A DNA stretch of 64,000 nucleotides from an uncultured Actinomycetota bacterium (GCA_963743915.1 CAVURN010000003.1:64001-128000), one strand, 5' to 3'; numbered from the stretch's first letter, positions 1 through 10,147 are shown. A program made the numbers and translations. Notes: generated by a model not told the origin, from the letters alone.

Positions 1-606
1 AAGGTGAACTACCGGGGATCGACGGGTTTCGGCGTCGCGTGGCGCACGGCCATCCACGACGGCAACATCGGGATCCCCGAGGTGACCGACGTGGTCGACG
101 GTCTGCGCTACCTCGTCGACATGGGAGTGGCCGATCCCGGGCGCTGCGCCATCGAGGGTTGGTCCTGGGGTGGCTACGTCGCGATGCTGGCGATCGGACT
201 GCACCCGGACACCTTCGCCGCAGCGATCGGCGGCATCCCGGTGTGCGACTCGGTGATGACCCACGAGGACTGCTCACCGTCGCAGCAGATGTACGACCGC
301 GCGATCATGGGCGGCACCCCGAACGAGGTGCCCGACCGTTACCGCGAGCGTTCACCGTCGACCTACCTGGACGCCGTGCGCACGCCGGTGCTGCTCATCG
401 CCGGTGAGCACGACAGTGCCTGCCCGATCCGACAGGTTCGTTGGTACGCCGACGAGCTGACAGCGCGCGGGGGTTCGGTCCGCCTGCACGTGTACGACGC
501 GGGCCACCATGCCAACACCGTCACCGACAAGATCACCCATGCCGAGCTCGAGCTCGACTTCCTCGCGTCCCACGACCTGCTGCCAGCCCGCGGAAGCACC
601 ACGTGA
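1..606 (+). CDS. S9 family (prolyl oligopeptidase-like) peptidase, C-terminal part, truncated by window start
   Basis: NYRGSTGFG, nucleophile motif GWSWGG, triad candidates HDSAC (Asp) and AGHH (His). Confidence 0.9.
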   Translation, partial: KVNYRGSTGFGVAWRTAIHDGNIGIPEVTDVVDGLRYLVDMGVADPGRCAIEGWSWGGYVAMLAIGLHPDTFAAAIGGIPVCDSVMTHEDCSPSQQMYDRAIMGGTPNEVPDRYRERSPSTYLDAVRTPVLLIAGEHDSACPIRQVRWYADELTARGGSVRLHVYDAGHHANTVTDKITHAELELDFLASHDLLPARGSTT

Positions 607-611
607 CATGA

Positions 612-753
612 GGCCGAGTGCCCCTGCGGGACGCACACAGCCGGCCGAGTGTCCCCATGCGAGCTCCTCCGCGGCGTCGAGCGTGCCTTGGCACACTCGA
701 CCAGCACCGCACTCGGCGGGCCTTGACGTCCACCAGGCACCGCACTCGCGGGC
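612..753. repeat. Intergenic REP-like cluster of CGAGTG/CACTCG repeats
   Basis: GGCCGAGTG at 612 and 643; GCACCGCACTCG twice (about 704 and 737) in the opposite orientation. Confidence 0.55.
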
Positions 754-810
754 GCTACGTTCACCCGATGTGCGTAGGAACCGTCGGCACACCGAGGGAG
801 TCCAACCCGC

Positions 811-1627
811 ATGAGAACCCATCGCGCACTCGCCCCGGTCCTGCTCCTGACCGCGACCGTCACGCTCGTCGCCTGCGGCGACTCGAGCTCATCGAGCTCC
901 CCCGACGACTCGTCGCAGCTGGACCTGGTCGGGCTCACCTACGTCGGCGACGACGTCACCGTGGATGGGGCGCCCTCCCCCTTGGTGAAGGGCTCGACGA
1001 TCCGGCTCACCTTCTCCGACGGCAGCATCGGTGCGTCCGCCGGCTGCAACCAGATGGGCGGAGACGCGAGCTGGGACGACGGCGTGCTCAAGGCGCAGGA
1101 GCCTCTTCATGACCGAGATGGGCTGCTCCGAGCCGCTGATGAAGCAGGACACCTGGCTCTCCGACTTCCTGTCGTCCGAGCCGACGCTGACCCAGGACGC
1201 CGACACCTTGACCCTCACCAGTGACGGAACCGTCATCACCCTGACCGACGAGGAGGTCGCCGTGCCCGACGTCGCACTCACCGGCACGAAGTGGCAGCTC
1301 GACACGATCATCACCGGCGACACCGCCGGCAGCGTCCCGGCCGGGGTCGTGTCGACCCTGCTTCTCGGGGAGGACGGACGCGCCCAGGTGCGTCCGGGCT
1401 GCAACACGGGGAACGGTGCCTTCACCGTGGAGGGTTCGGTCATCACCTTCGACCCCATCGCCACGACCATGATGGCTTGCCCCGATCCCGCCATGCAGGT
1501 CGAGGGGACCGTCCTCGCAGTCCTCAACGGCGATGTCGACTTCTCGGTCGACGGCACGACCCTGACCCTCACGCCACCGCAGGCCACGGCCGACGGCACG
1601 ACGTCGCTGATCTACCGAGCGCGCTGA
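811..1627 (+). CDS. Tandem META-domain lipoprotein (frameshift near 1100)
   Basis: Lipobox LVAC; two META-like units (ASAGCNQMGG...TEMGC and PGCNTGNG...TTMMAC); N-terminus in ORF 811..1224, remainder in ORF 1031..1627. Confidence 0.8.
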
Positions 1628-1676
1628 GGGACCTTCGACCGTCGTCCCCGGCTCATGGGCGCCGTTGACTGGTCCC

Positions 1677-2342
1677 ATGAGAACCCGCGGTCCACTGATC
1701 GGTGCGGCGCTGGCCACCGGCGCCGTCATTGCGGCTGACCGCTCCCTGCGCCGTCGCTACGAGACGTGGGGTGCGACGCTCGACGACGTCCGCCGCGCCA
1801 TGCCAGGCGATGACATCGTCCCGGACCCGGTGCGGGTCAGCACGCGGTCGGTCGCCATCCACGCCCCACCGGACCAGGTCTGGTCGTGGCTCGTCCAGAT
1901 CGGTCACGGTCGCGGCGGTCTCTACAGCTACGACTGGCTCGAGAACGTCATCGGCTGCGACCTGCACAGCGCCGACACGATCCTGGCCGAGCACCAGCAG
2001 CTCGCCCCCGGTGACCTCGTCCGGATGGGGCCGGAGGGCTACCCCTGCTTCGTCGTCGTGGAGGTGGACGCCGGCCGCCACCTGGTGCTGCAGAGCGCCG
2101 ATCCCGCCACCGGACGCCCCACGTCCGACCTCTCGACCAACGCGAGCTGGCAGTGGCTGCTCGAACCACACCGAGGTGCCACCCGGCTGGTCAGTCGACA
2201 GCGCCTCGCCTACCCGCGGATGCTGGCTCCGTTGTGGGCAGCGTTGCAGCCGGTCACCTTCGCCATGGAGCGCAAGATGCTGCTGGGCATCAAGACGCGC
2301 GCCGAGGCGATGGCTCAGGCGGGGACGATCTCGCAGTTGTAG
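1677..2342 (+). CDS. SRPBCC-like conserved hypothetical protein
   Basis: WGAT..PGD, IHAPPDQVWSWLVQIGHGRGGLYSYDWLEN, MERKMLLGIK typical of this actinobacterial family. Confidence 0.75.
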   Translation: MRTRGPLIGAALATGAVIAADRSLRRRYETWGATLDDVRRAMPGDDIVPDPVRVSTRSVAIHAPPDQVWSWLVQIGHGRGGLYSYDWLENVIGCDLHSADTILAEHQQLAPGDLVRMGPEGYPCFVVVEVDAGRHLVLQSADPATGRPTSDLSTNASWQWLLEPHRGATRLVSRQRLAYPRMLAPLWAALQPVTFAMERKMLLGIKTRAEAMAQAGTISQL

Positions 2343-3985
2343 TAGGTGTCGAACACATCGGCCGACGCGAGCCAGTCGGAGACTCCGGAGCCACAGTCGA
2401 TGTAGTCCTCGCCCTGGTCCTCGGCCTCGACCATGTCGTCACCGCCGCCGGCGTAGAACTCGTCCTGACCCTCGCCGCCGTTGAGCGTGTCGTTGCCGTC
2501 GTTGCCGTACAGGTCGTCGGCCCCACCACGGCCACTGAGGTCGTCGGCCCCGGCACCACTTCCACCGGAGATGTAGTTGGCGGCGTTGGTGCCGACGATG
2601 AGGTCCGAGCCGGTCCCGCCCACGAAGAACTCGAAGTCGGCTCTGACGTCGTCGTTCTCGCCAGGTTCGCCGTCGTTGCCGGGGTCGGTGACGTCGATCG
2701 TCACACCGTTGCTGCGTTGGTCGTAGTACATCCGGTCGTACCCGGCGCCGCCGCTGAAGACGTCGCGCCCGTCGTTGGACGAGCCGGCGTAGAGCGTGTC
2801 GTTCCCAGCGTCGCCGAAGTACCTGTCCAGGCCGGACTCGTTGCCGAACCACTCGTCCCCCGGGCCCCCGTACAGCGAGTCGTTGCCGAGGTCACCGTCG
2901 AGTGAGTCCTCCGCATCAAGACCGCGCAGGACGTCGTTCCCGTCGTTGCCGTTGAGGTCGTTGTACACCGAGCTGCCGACCAGCGTGTCGTTCCCGGACC
3001 CTCCGGCCACGTGCTCGACGCTTGGGCGCACGTTGTCGCGCTCTCGCTTGCCACCGTCGTCCGCGCGGTCGTTGAGGCTGACCTTCACGTTGCTGGAGCG
3101 GTCGTCGTAGTAGGCGCGGTCCGATCCGGGACCGCCGTCGAGAAGGTCGGCGCCGTCCTTGCTGTCCATGGCCGAGAAGGCGTCGTCACCTGCGCCGGCA
3201 CGCATGGTGTCGCGGTCCTCGTGGCCGACCAGCCAGTCGTCGCCGTCGCCGCCGAGCAGTCTGTCGTCGCCGAGGTATCCGTACAGGTCGTCGTCGCCGC
3301 CGTTGCCCACCAGCAGGTCGCCCCGCCCTGGCTCCCCGTTGTCGTCCCCCCACAGGTCGTCGTCGCCGGGACCGCCGTAGAGCCGGTCAGCGCCCTCACC
3401 GCCCGAGATCTGCACCGAAGGGGCACCGCGCCCGTTGAGGGTGTCGTTGCCGGCACCACCCTGCAGGTACCAGCGGTCGAGGCCCCTGGCCACGAGATCG
3501 ACGTCGGCGTCGCCGTTGAGATTCGCCTGGCCGGACTTCGGGAAGCCGAGGAAGTCGTCCCGGTCGCCACCCACCAGCCACAGGGAGTCGGTGCCGTCAC
3601 CCAGGTTCATCTCGAACTCGATCTCGGCAGCACCGGACTTCTCGTTGCTGGCACCGGGCGTGAACGGCCCGTTCTCGAGGGACAGGTAGATCTCCTCGGA
3701 GAGGGTCGAACCGTTGACCTTCACCTTGTTGGTGTTCGTGGTGCGCGCCACCTCGCAGCGCTTCCATCCTTCACCCTCGACCTCGTAGCCGATCCGCGTG
3801 GAGTTGAACTCGCGCTCGATCACCAGCCACCCGGTGGACTCGGTGTTGGCGATCGTCAAGGTCACCAGCTTCTTCGCCTTGGTGTACTGGCAGTCGACGG
3901 GCTTGGCCTCGGCAGCAGGCCCGATCGCGATGATCGATGCAGCAGCGACTGCCAGGACGGCCGACACTCGGGACACAGCACGCAT
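2315..3985 (-). CDS. Secreted RTX/hemolysin-type Ca2+-binding repeat protein
   Basis: Signal peptide ending AAEA; many GGxGxDxL nonapeptides; ATG at 3985 with AAGGAG RBS. Confidence 0.88.
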   Translation of the reverse strand: MRAVSRVSAVLAVAAASIIAIGPAAEAKPVDCQYTKAKKLVTLTIANTESTGWLVIEREFNSTRIGYEVEGEGWKRCEVARTTNTNKVKVNGSTLSEEIYLSLENGPFTPGASNEKSGAAEIEFEMNLGDGTDSLWLVGGDRDDFLGFPKSGQANLNGDADVDLVARGLDRWYLQGGAGNDTLNGRGAPSVQISGGEGADRLYGGPGDDDLWGDDNGEPGRGDLLVGNGGDDDLYGYLGDDRLLGGDGDDWLVGHEDRDTMRAGAGDDAFSAMDSKDGADLLDGGPGSDRAYYDDRSSNVKVSLNDRADDGGKRERDNVRPSVEHVAGGSGNDTLVGSSVYNDLNGNDGNDVLRGLDAEDSLDGDLGNDSLYGGPGDEWFGNESGLDRYFGDAGNDTLYAGSSNDGRDVFSGGAGYDRMYYDQRSNGVTIDVTDPGNDGEPGENDDVRADFEFFVGGTGSDLIVGTNAANYISGGSGAGADDLSGRGGADDLYGNDGNDTLNGGEGQDEFYAGGGDDMVEAEDQGEDYIDCGSGVSDWLASADVFDTYYNCEIVPA

Positions 3986-4098
3986 GGGGGGCTCCTTGAC
4001 CGAAGGTTCGGCCCAGCGTGGCAAAGGCGAGCGACGAGCTCAACGAGGCTCACCGGTATGACGTACACCGATCGAGTGGTGCCGTCACTCTTGAGGGG

Positions 4099-4260
4099 CC
4101 GATCGGTGGACCCGTGACCGGCGCGGGCCGATGCGTCAGGCGTCCAACCCCGGTGATCGGAGCGTTTCGGTCATCTCACGGGCTCACGACTCGGCTCATA
4201 ACTGACGAATCTGCTCCGATCACCGATCGGTGGACCCGTGGGCGATGCTTCAGGCGTCCA
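4099..4260. repeat. Imperfect direct repeat flanking a 75-bp palindrome
   Basis: CCGATCGGTGGACCCGTG at 4099 and 4223, each followed by CGATGCxTCAGGCGTCCA; inverted repeat CGGTGATCGGAGC...GCTCCGATCACCG at 4151-4225. Confidence 0.7.
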
Positions 4261-5713
4261 GCTCCGCAGCGCGGCGGTCCACGAAGGCGCGCAGCTCGGC
4301 GTCCACCGCATCGTCGATGCCGGGGTCCTCGTACGACTCGAGCAGCTGCTTCCACTGTGCGGTGGCCACGCTGGCCACGCTGGGAGAGCCCAGCTTGACC
4401 CAGGTGGGATACGCCTGGGACCGGAAGAGCGGGCTCATGAACGACTCGGTGCGGAAGTGCTCCAGCGTGTGCTCGTGAGCGAGGAAGAGCCCGCCCGGGC
4501 CCAGCTCGGCGATGACGTCGTACGCCAGCTGCTGCTCGTCCACGACGACTCCCTGGCGGATGCGCTCGAACATCGCGAGCACCTCGAGGTCGAGGGCCAG
4601 CTTCTCGTACGACGCCACCAGGCCACCCTCGAGCCAGCCCGCTGCGTGCACCACCAGATCGCACTCCGCCAGGTAGGTCGCCCAGAGCGACATGGTGCTC
4701 TCGGTCGCGGTCTGCGCGTCGAGCGCGAGTCCCGAGCACAGGCCCCCGCCACCACGCAGCGGCAGACCGTACCGGCGGGCGAGCTGCCCCCCGGCCATCG
4801 TGGCGAGCGTCGACTCCGGCAGCCCGAGCGACGGGCCGCCCGAGCGCATGTCCACGCCGTTGAGGAACGTCCCGAGGATGCACGGCGCCCCCGGCCGGAC
4901 GAGCTGGGCCATCGCCACACCCGTGAGCGTCTCGGCGACGAGCAGCGAGAGCCCACCGGCGAGCGTCACCGGCGCGGACGCCCCCGCCAGCAGGAAGGGG
5001 GTGATCGCCACCGGCTGACCGAGCTCGGCGAGCGCCATGAGCTCCTCGACCATCAGCGTGTCCCACACCAGCGGACTGTTGGGGTTGACGATGCCGATCA
5101 CGGCCGGCTGGCGTACGAGTGCCTCTTCACCGCCGGCGGCGATGGCCGCCAGGGCCAGGCCGTCACGCGTCCGGGGGCCCGTGGCGCCGTAGAGGATGAA
5201 CGGCCGTCCGCTCCAGCGCAGGATCGCGTAGTCCATCTCCAGGTGACGGCTGAGGTCTGACAGGTCCTGCGCCTCGGTCGTCCCGCTCTGCAGCACCGGC
5301 AGCACGTCGGACGCGTGCGCCATCTTCACCAGCTCGACGTACGAGGCGATGTCGCCGTCCCGCCGCCCCCGTTCGTCATCCGACACGAAGGGTGATCCCC
5401 CGGTCGGGGTGTGCACCAGGCTGCCGCCGCCGATCGTCACCGAGTGCCGTGGGTCGCGACCCTGCAGCGTGAACTGCGCCGGCGCCTGCGCCAGCTGCTC
5501 CATCACGAATCCGGCGTCCCAGCGGACGCGCGTCCCCTCGACCCGCTGCCCCGCCTCTTCGAGCATGCGCAGCATCGTGTCGCTGTGCACCTCGGTGCCG
5601 ATGTCCTCCAGGATCCGCATCGCCTGCGCATGGATGGCGTCGAGGTCGTCCTCGCTCAGCGGGTGACGGCTGAAGACCTCGGGTCGGAGACCTTGCTCGG
5701 GTGGGGGCGCCAT
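4250..5713 (-). CDS. Trimethylamine methyltransferase (MttB) family protein, non-pyrrolysine type
   Basis: IHAQAMRILEDIG, NPNSPL, GASAPVTLAG, DMRSG, DAQTATES, HAAGWLEGGLVASYEK, HTLEHFR; no in-frame amber codon. Confidence 0.88.
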   Translation of the reverse strand: MAPPPEQGLRPEVFSRHPLSEDDLDAIHAQAMRILEDIGTEVHSDTMLRMLEEAGQRVEGTRVRWDAGFVMEQLAQAPAQFTLQGRDPRHSVTIGGGSLVHTPTGGSPFVSDDERGRRDGDIASYVELVKMAHASDVLPVLQSGTTEAQDLSDLSRHLEMDYAILRWSGRPFILYGATGPRTRDGLALAAIAAGGEEALVRQPAVIGIVNPNSPLVWDTLMVEELMALAELGQPVAITPFLLAGASAPVTLAGGLSLLVAETLTGVAMAQLVRPGAPCILGTFLNGVDMRSGGPSLGLPESTLATMAGGQLARRYGLPLRGGGGLCSGLALDAQTATESTMSLWATYLAECDLVVHAAGWLEGGLVASYEKLALDLEVLAMFERIRQGVVVDEQQLAYDVIAELGPGGLFLAHEHTLEHFRTESFMSPLFRSQAYPTWVKLGSPSVASVATAQWKQLLESYEDPGIDDAVDAELRAFVDRRAAELDA

Positions 5714-5877
5714 GGTCCTGTCCTGTCGTCGAATCCCCACATCATGTGCGAGGTGCCGGGTCAGCAGCGTGACGGCCACCAAATGGAACGCGACGTTCAG
5801 CGGTCGGTGCTCGGCCGCAGCTCCGTCCGGTCGGCGACGTCCCGGTTAGGCTGACGGCGAGTCGAGGAGGCAGGCAC

Positions 5878-6981
5878 GTGGCACGTGGGGCGGGACGCGT
5901 CTACCTGCACGTGGGGCTGCCAAAGACGGGGACGACCTTTCTGCAGGGCGTGCTCTGGGCCAGCCGCAAGGCCCTGAGCGATCAGGGAGTTCTGTACCCG
6001 GGTCCCGCGTCCGCCCACTTCTGGGCGGCGCAGGACCTCACCGAGCACCTCTTCATGGGACGGGAGAACCGCAAGGTCCCCGGCGCATGGGCGAAGCTGT
6101 CCCGCCAGGCGCGACGTTGGTCGGGCAGCGCGGTGCTGTCCCACGAGCTGTTCACCCTCGCCACCGGTGCGCACATGCGACGGGCTGCGGCGGACCTCGA
6201 GCCGGCCGAGCTGCACATCGTCCTCACCGTCCGCGACTTCGAACGGCAGCTGCCTGCCGTGTGGCAGGAGCGCCTCAAGAACGGTGGTCGGGTCAGCTTC
6301 GCGCGTCACTTCGCCCAGACCCTCGAGAAGGACGCCTCCCGCTCCAGCGAGCCGAGCGGCTTCTGGCGTCAGCAGGACGCCGTCCGGATCCTGACGCAGT
6401 GGGCCGAAGTCGTCCCCCGCGACCGCATCCACGTGATCACCATCCCGCAGCCGGGGGCGCCGCGGGACACGCTGTGGCGTCGGTTCGCCGAGGTCGTGGG
6501 GTTCGACGCGGGTCTTGTCGACCTCGAGTCCGTGCAACCGAGAGGCAACGTCTCGCTGCGGCCCCCGCAGGCGCGTCTGCTGCGACGGATCAACACCGAG
6601 CTGCAGGGTGAGCTCAGCCCCTCCGTCTACCGCTCGGTCGTCAAGCGCTACCTGTCCGAGTCGGTCACTGGTCCGGGTCGCTCTTCGACGGCCTACGGCT
6701 TCAGCCCGGAGCAGCGCACCGACGCCCGCAGATGGTCCGACGAGCTGCGAGCGCTGGTGGAGACCGGTGGGTTCGACGTCGTGGGCAGTCCCTCCGAGCT
6801 GATCTCCTCCGACACGCCTGACAGTGGTCGGCGCGACCTGGACGACGTCCCCCCTGACGCCGAGGCCGAGGCAGCGGTGGCAGCAGCAGCAGCGCTGGTG
6901 CGGTGGCTGGCGGATCCGCCGCGGACTGCGGACAGGAAGCCGCTGCGGGCGCTCGCCGGTCAGCTGCGGGCTCGCGGATAA
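5878..6981 (+). CDS. Sulfotransferase-fold protein, paralog 1
   Basis: HVGLPKTGTTFLQ (5'-PSB-like loop), SHE, RDFERQLPAVWQERLK. Confidence 0.75.
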   Translation: MARGAGRVYLHVGLPKTGTTFLQGVLWASRKALSDQGVLYPGPASAHFWAAQDLTEHLFMGRENRKVPGAWAKLSRQARRWSGSAVLSHELFTLATGAHMRRAAADLEPAELHIVLTVRDFERQLPAVWQERLKNGGRVSFARHFAQTLEKDASRSSEPSGFWRQQDAVRILTQWAEVVPRDRIHVITIPQPGAPRDTLWRRFAEVVGFDAGLVDLESVQPRGNVSLRPPQARLLRRINTELQGELSPSVYRSVVKRYLSESVTGPGRSSTAYGFSPEQRTDARRWSDELRALVETGGFDVVGSPSELISSDTPDSGRRDLDDVPPDAEAEAAVAAAAALVRWLADPPRTADRKPLRALAGQLRARG

Positions 6982-6990
6982 GGTTGCGGG

Positions 6991-8043
6991 GTGCCGTCCT
7001 CGCGTTCCGTCGTCCTGCACATCGGTCTGCCCAAGACCGGTACCACGTACCTGCAGCGGGTCCTCCACGCGAACCGTCCGACTCTGCGGGCGCAGGGGCT
7101 GCTGTACCCGGGCAGCCGTCCCGACCACTTCCTGCCCGCCCAGGACGTGCTCGAGCGGCCCTTTCGCGGCCACGAGGACGAGCGGGCCGCAGGCACCTGG
7201 CAGGAGACCGTCCGCGAGGTCGCCGATTGGCCCGGCACGGCCCTCATCTCCCACGAGACGTTCACGGTGGCGAGCGCCGAGCAGGTGCAGACGATCATCG
7301 CCGCCTTCGCCGACCGTCCCGTGGAGGTCGTCGTCACCGCCCGTGATCTCGGGCGTCAGCTCACCGCCAACTGGCAGGAGACGATCAAGAACGGCCGGAG
7401 CCTCTCGCTGTCCGAGTACGTCACCCGCGCCCGCGCCCGTGCCGATGACGACGACCCCGGCTCCGGTTTCTGGTTCTGGCAGGACCTCGTCGGCGTGCTC
7501 AGGCGCTGGCAGCAGGCCGTCCCCGCCGATCGCCTGCACCTGGTGACGGTGCCTCCGCGGGGTACCGGACCTGGACAGCTGTGGCACCGCTTCGCCGAGG
7601 TGCTCCGGGTCGACCTGACGCCTGACCAGGTGGCCGACAGCTCGGCCAACGCCTCGCTCGGCATGGTCGAGACCGAGTTCCTGCGACGACTCAACACCGA
7701 GCTCGCCGACACCGTGGAGTGGCCCGCCTACCGGGCGTACGTCAAGCAGTTCCTCGCCCAGCGGGTGCTGCCTCGCTCCGAGCAGTCCGGCCCCATCGTG
7801 CTGTCGCCCGATGACCAGGCATGGGCCGCTGCACGCTCCCGCGAGATCGTCCAGACCCTTGCCGCCATGCCCGTGAGCCTGCACGGTGACCTCGCCGATC
7901 TCGAGTCACCGGGCGCATCGGTCGACGGCGTCGAGGTCAGCGATGAAGCCGTCGTGGAGGTGGGCGTCCGCGCCATCACCGCGCTGCTGCGACGGATCGG
8001 CCGCGATCAGGATGCTCCGATCGGCACCGGGAGGGCCTCATGA
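6991..8043 (+). CDS. Sulfotransferase-fold protein, paralog 2
   Basis: HIGLPKTGTTYLQ, SHE, RDLGRQLTANWQETIK, NASLG. Confidence 0.75.
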   Translation: MPSSRSVVLHIGLPKTGTTYLQRVLHANRPTLRAQGLLYPGSRPDHFLPAQDVLERPFRGHEDERAAGTWQETVREVADWPGTALISHETFTVASAEQVQTIIAAFADRPVEVVVTARDLGRQLTANWQETIKNGRSLSLSEYVTRARARADDDDPGSGFWFWQDLVGVLRRWQQAVPADRLHLVTVPPRGTGPGQLWHRFAEVLRVDLTPDQVADSSANASLGMVETEFLRRLNTELADTVEWPAYRAYVKQFLAQRVLPRSEQSGPIVLSPDDQAWAAARSREIVQTLAAMPVSLHGDLADLESPGASVDGVEVSDEAVVEVGVRAITALLRRIGRDQDAPIGTGRAS

Positions 8044-9140
8044 CCGCCCCAGCCGTCTGCCTGCACATCGGCGCCATGAAGACGGGCACCACGTACGTCC
8101 AGCGCATGCTCGGCAACAACCACGACGAGCTCGCGCGTCAGGGCATCGCCTACCCGATGCCCTGGTCGGACCAGGTCGAGGCCGTGCGCGACGTCCTCAA
8201 GATGAAGGGTGGCAGCCACCTCGGGTCGATCGAGGGCCATTGGAAGCTCATGGCCGAGCGGCTGCACCAGTGGTCCGGGCCACGCGCGATCCTGTCGGTG
8301 GAGTTCATCTCGTTCGCCGACCCACCGCAGATCCGCACCATCGTCGACGACCTCTCCCCCAGCGACGTCACCGTCGTGCTGGGGGCACGCGACCTCGCCC
8401 GCGTGCTGCCCGCGCAGTGGCAGACCGCCGTCCGCAACGGACGGAGCACGACCTACCGCGAGTACCTCAAGGGGCTGACGGCGAAGCGGCCCACGAGGGT
8501 CAAGGGGCACTTCTGGAAGCGCCAGGACATCGGGCGCATCGCCGCCGACTGGGCCAAGGTCGTGGGACGCGAGAACGTCACGGTCGTCACGGTCCCTCCG
8601 CGTGGCACCGACCCCGGAGAGCTGTGGCGACGCTTCGCGTCCGCCATGCAGATCGACGTCACGCACCTGAACGACAAGACCCCGAGCAACGAGTCCCTGG
8701 GCCCGACGGGCACCGAGCTGCTGCGCAGGATCAACGAGCAGGCGGACGCCACCGACATGAGCACATGGACCTACCAGCACGGCATCAACCGCGCCCTCTC
8801 CCACCAGGTGCTTCCCGACATCCCCGATCCGCACCCGAGCCTCCGGGTTCCGGACGAGTACCACGACTGGGTGCGACAGGAGTCCGCACGGGTGCTCCGC
8901 GAGCTCGAAGCCGCTGACGTCCGGGTGGTCGGTGACCTCGCCGACCTGCAGCCGCAGCTCAGCCTCGGTGCTCCGTTCGTGTGGCCGGAGGAGCTGCCCG
9001 AGTCGGACCTGCTGGCGTTCGCCGTCGCAGCGCTGACGGCCTTCGGCGGTGACGTTGCCGAACGCAAGCGCAAGGACCTCACGTCCGGGGGGCGCAAGCA
9101 GCAGCGTGCGGGGCGACAGCAGTCCGAGCGGGACGCATGA
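8040..9140 (+). CDS. Sulfotransferase-fold protein, paralog 3
   Basis: HIGAMKTGTTYVQ, SVE, RDLARVLPAQWQ, NESLG; ATGA overlap with upstream gene. Confidence 0.75.
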   Translation: MTAPAVCLHIGAMKTGTTYVQRMLGNNHDELARQGIAYPMPWSDQVEAVRDVLKMKGGSHLGSIEGHWKLMAERLHQWSGPRAILSVEFISFADPPQIRTIVDDLSPSDVTVVLGARDLARVLPAQWQTAVRNGRSTTYREYLKGLTAKRPTRVKGHFWKRQDIGRIAADWAKVVGRENVTVVTVPPRGTDPGELWRRFASAMQIDVTHLNDKTPSNESLGPTGTELLRRINEQADATDMSTWTYQHGINRALSHQVLPDIPDPHPSLRVPDEYHDWVRQESARVLRELEAADVRVVGDLADLQPQLSLGAPFVWPEELPESDLLAFAVAALTAFGGDVAERKRKDLTSGGRKQQRAGRQQSERDA

Positions 9141-10147
9141 GCCCGACGATCCATCTGCACATCGGCGAGCCCAAGTCGGGCACCACCTACCTGCAAGCCA
9201 TGCTCGACGAGAACCGGGCGGCACTGGAACAGGAGGGTCTGCTCACACCCGGTCCACGTGAGCAGATCAGGGCAGCCCAGGACGCCATCCGAGGTACCTC
9301 CGACGGTCGGCTGTGGCAGACCATGGCCGACACCCTCCTCGCATGGTCAGGGGCGGACGCCCTCGTCTCGATGGAGACGCTCTGCCGGGCGAACCCCGCG
9401 GCGGTCAAGCGTGCCGTTCGCGCCTTCGGGGACGCCGAGGTCCGCGTCCACATCACGGTCCGCGACGTGCTGCGCTCACTTCCGGCGCAGTGGCAGCAGT
9501 CGACGCAGCACCGCAAGACCTGGACCTGGCCGGAGTACTCGGGGGCGGTCATCGCCGGCCACGGGGGACATCCGGCCACCAGGAACTTCTGGTCCCAGCA
9601 TGACCTCGAGGCGATCCTCAAACGCTGGTCGAAGGTGGTCGGTTCCGAACACGTCTACGTGATCACCGTGCCTCGCGCGGGTGCGGACCCCCTGCTGCTG
9701 TGGCAGCGGTTCGCGCAGGCGCTGTCGCTGCCGGACGTGGACGTGGCACAGGTCAAGCCGTCGAACGAGTCGCTCGGCGAGGTCTCCGCCGAGCTGATGA
9801 GGCGCGTGAACGAGGCGATCGAACCGCTCGAGCTGTCCGAGAAGCAGTACAACCAGGCGGTGCGCGCAGTGCTCGCCCGGAAGGTGCTCGCCCCTCGGCG
9901 CTCGGCGGAGCCGAAGGTGCTCCCTCCGCCGGAAGCGGCACCGTGGGCCGAGCGAGAGTCCGAACGACTGATCGCCGCGGTCACTGACGCGGGCGTGCAC
10001 GTGGTCGGCGACCTCGACGAGCTGCGTCCTCAGGCCGGTGAGACCGGTCCGGCCGCCGAGGTGCCGTCGGATGCCGACCTCGCGGTGGCCGCGACCGGGG
10101 CCGTGGGCGGCCTGGTCGCAGAGCTCGCCCGGGGAACGCGCGGCTAG
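9137..10147 (+). CDS. Sulfotransferase-fold protein, paralog 4
   Basis: HIGEPKSGTTYLQ, SME, RDVLRSLPAQWQQ, NESLG; ATGA overlap. Confidence 0.75.
   Translation: MSPTIHLHIGEPKSGTTYLQAMLDENRAALEQEGLLTPGPREQIRAAQDAIRGTSDGRLWQTMADTLLAWSGADALVSMETLCRANPAAVKRAVRAFGDAEVRVHITVRDVLRSLPAQWQQSTQHRKTWTWPEYSGAVIAGHGGHPATRNFWSQHDLEAILKRWSKVVGSEHVYVITVPRAGADPLLLWQRFAQALSLPDVDVAQVKPSNESLGEVSAELMRRVNEAIEPLELSEKQYNQAVRAVLARKVLAPRRSAEPKVLPPPEAAPWAERESERLIAAVTDAGVHVVGDLDELRPQAGETGPAAEVPSDADLAVAATGAVGGLVAELARGTRG

Noticed and set aside
612-753. Possible mini-CRISPR array
   Set aside because: Repeats are short, change orientation, lack spacer-length unique segments and no cas genes are present
4250-5713. Pyrrolysine recoding in the MttB homolog
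   Set aside because: No in-frame TAG and no pyl genes in the window
5797-7884. 695-aa minus-strand ORF, and similar long shadow ORFs such as 55594..58152 + and 16629..18188 -
   Set aside because: Antisense to well-supported genes; long shadow frames are expected at this GC content and show no recognisable motifs
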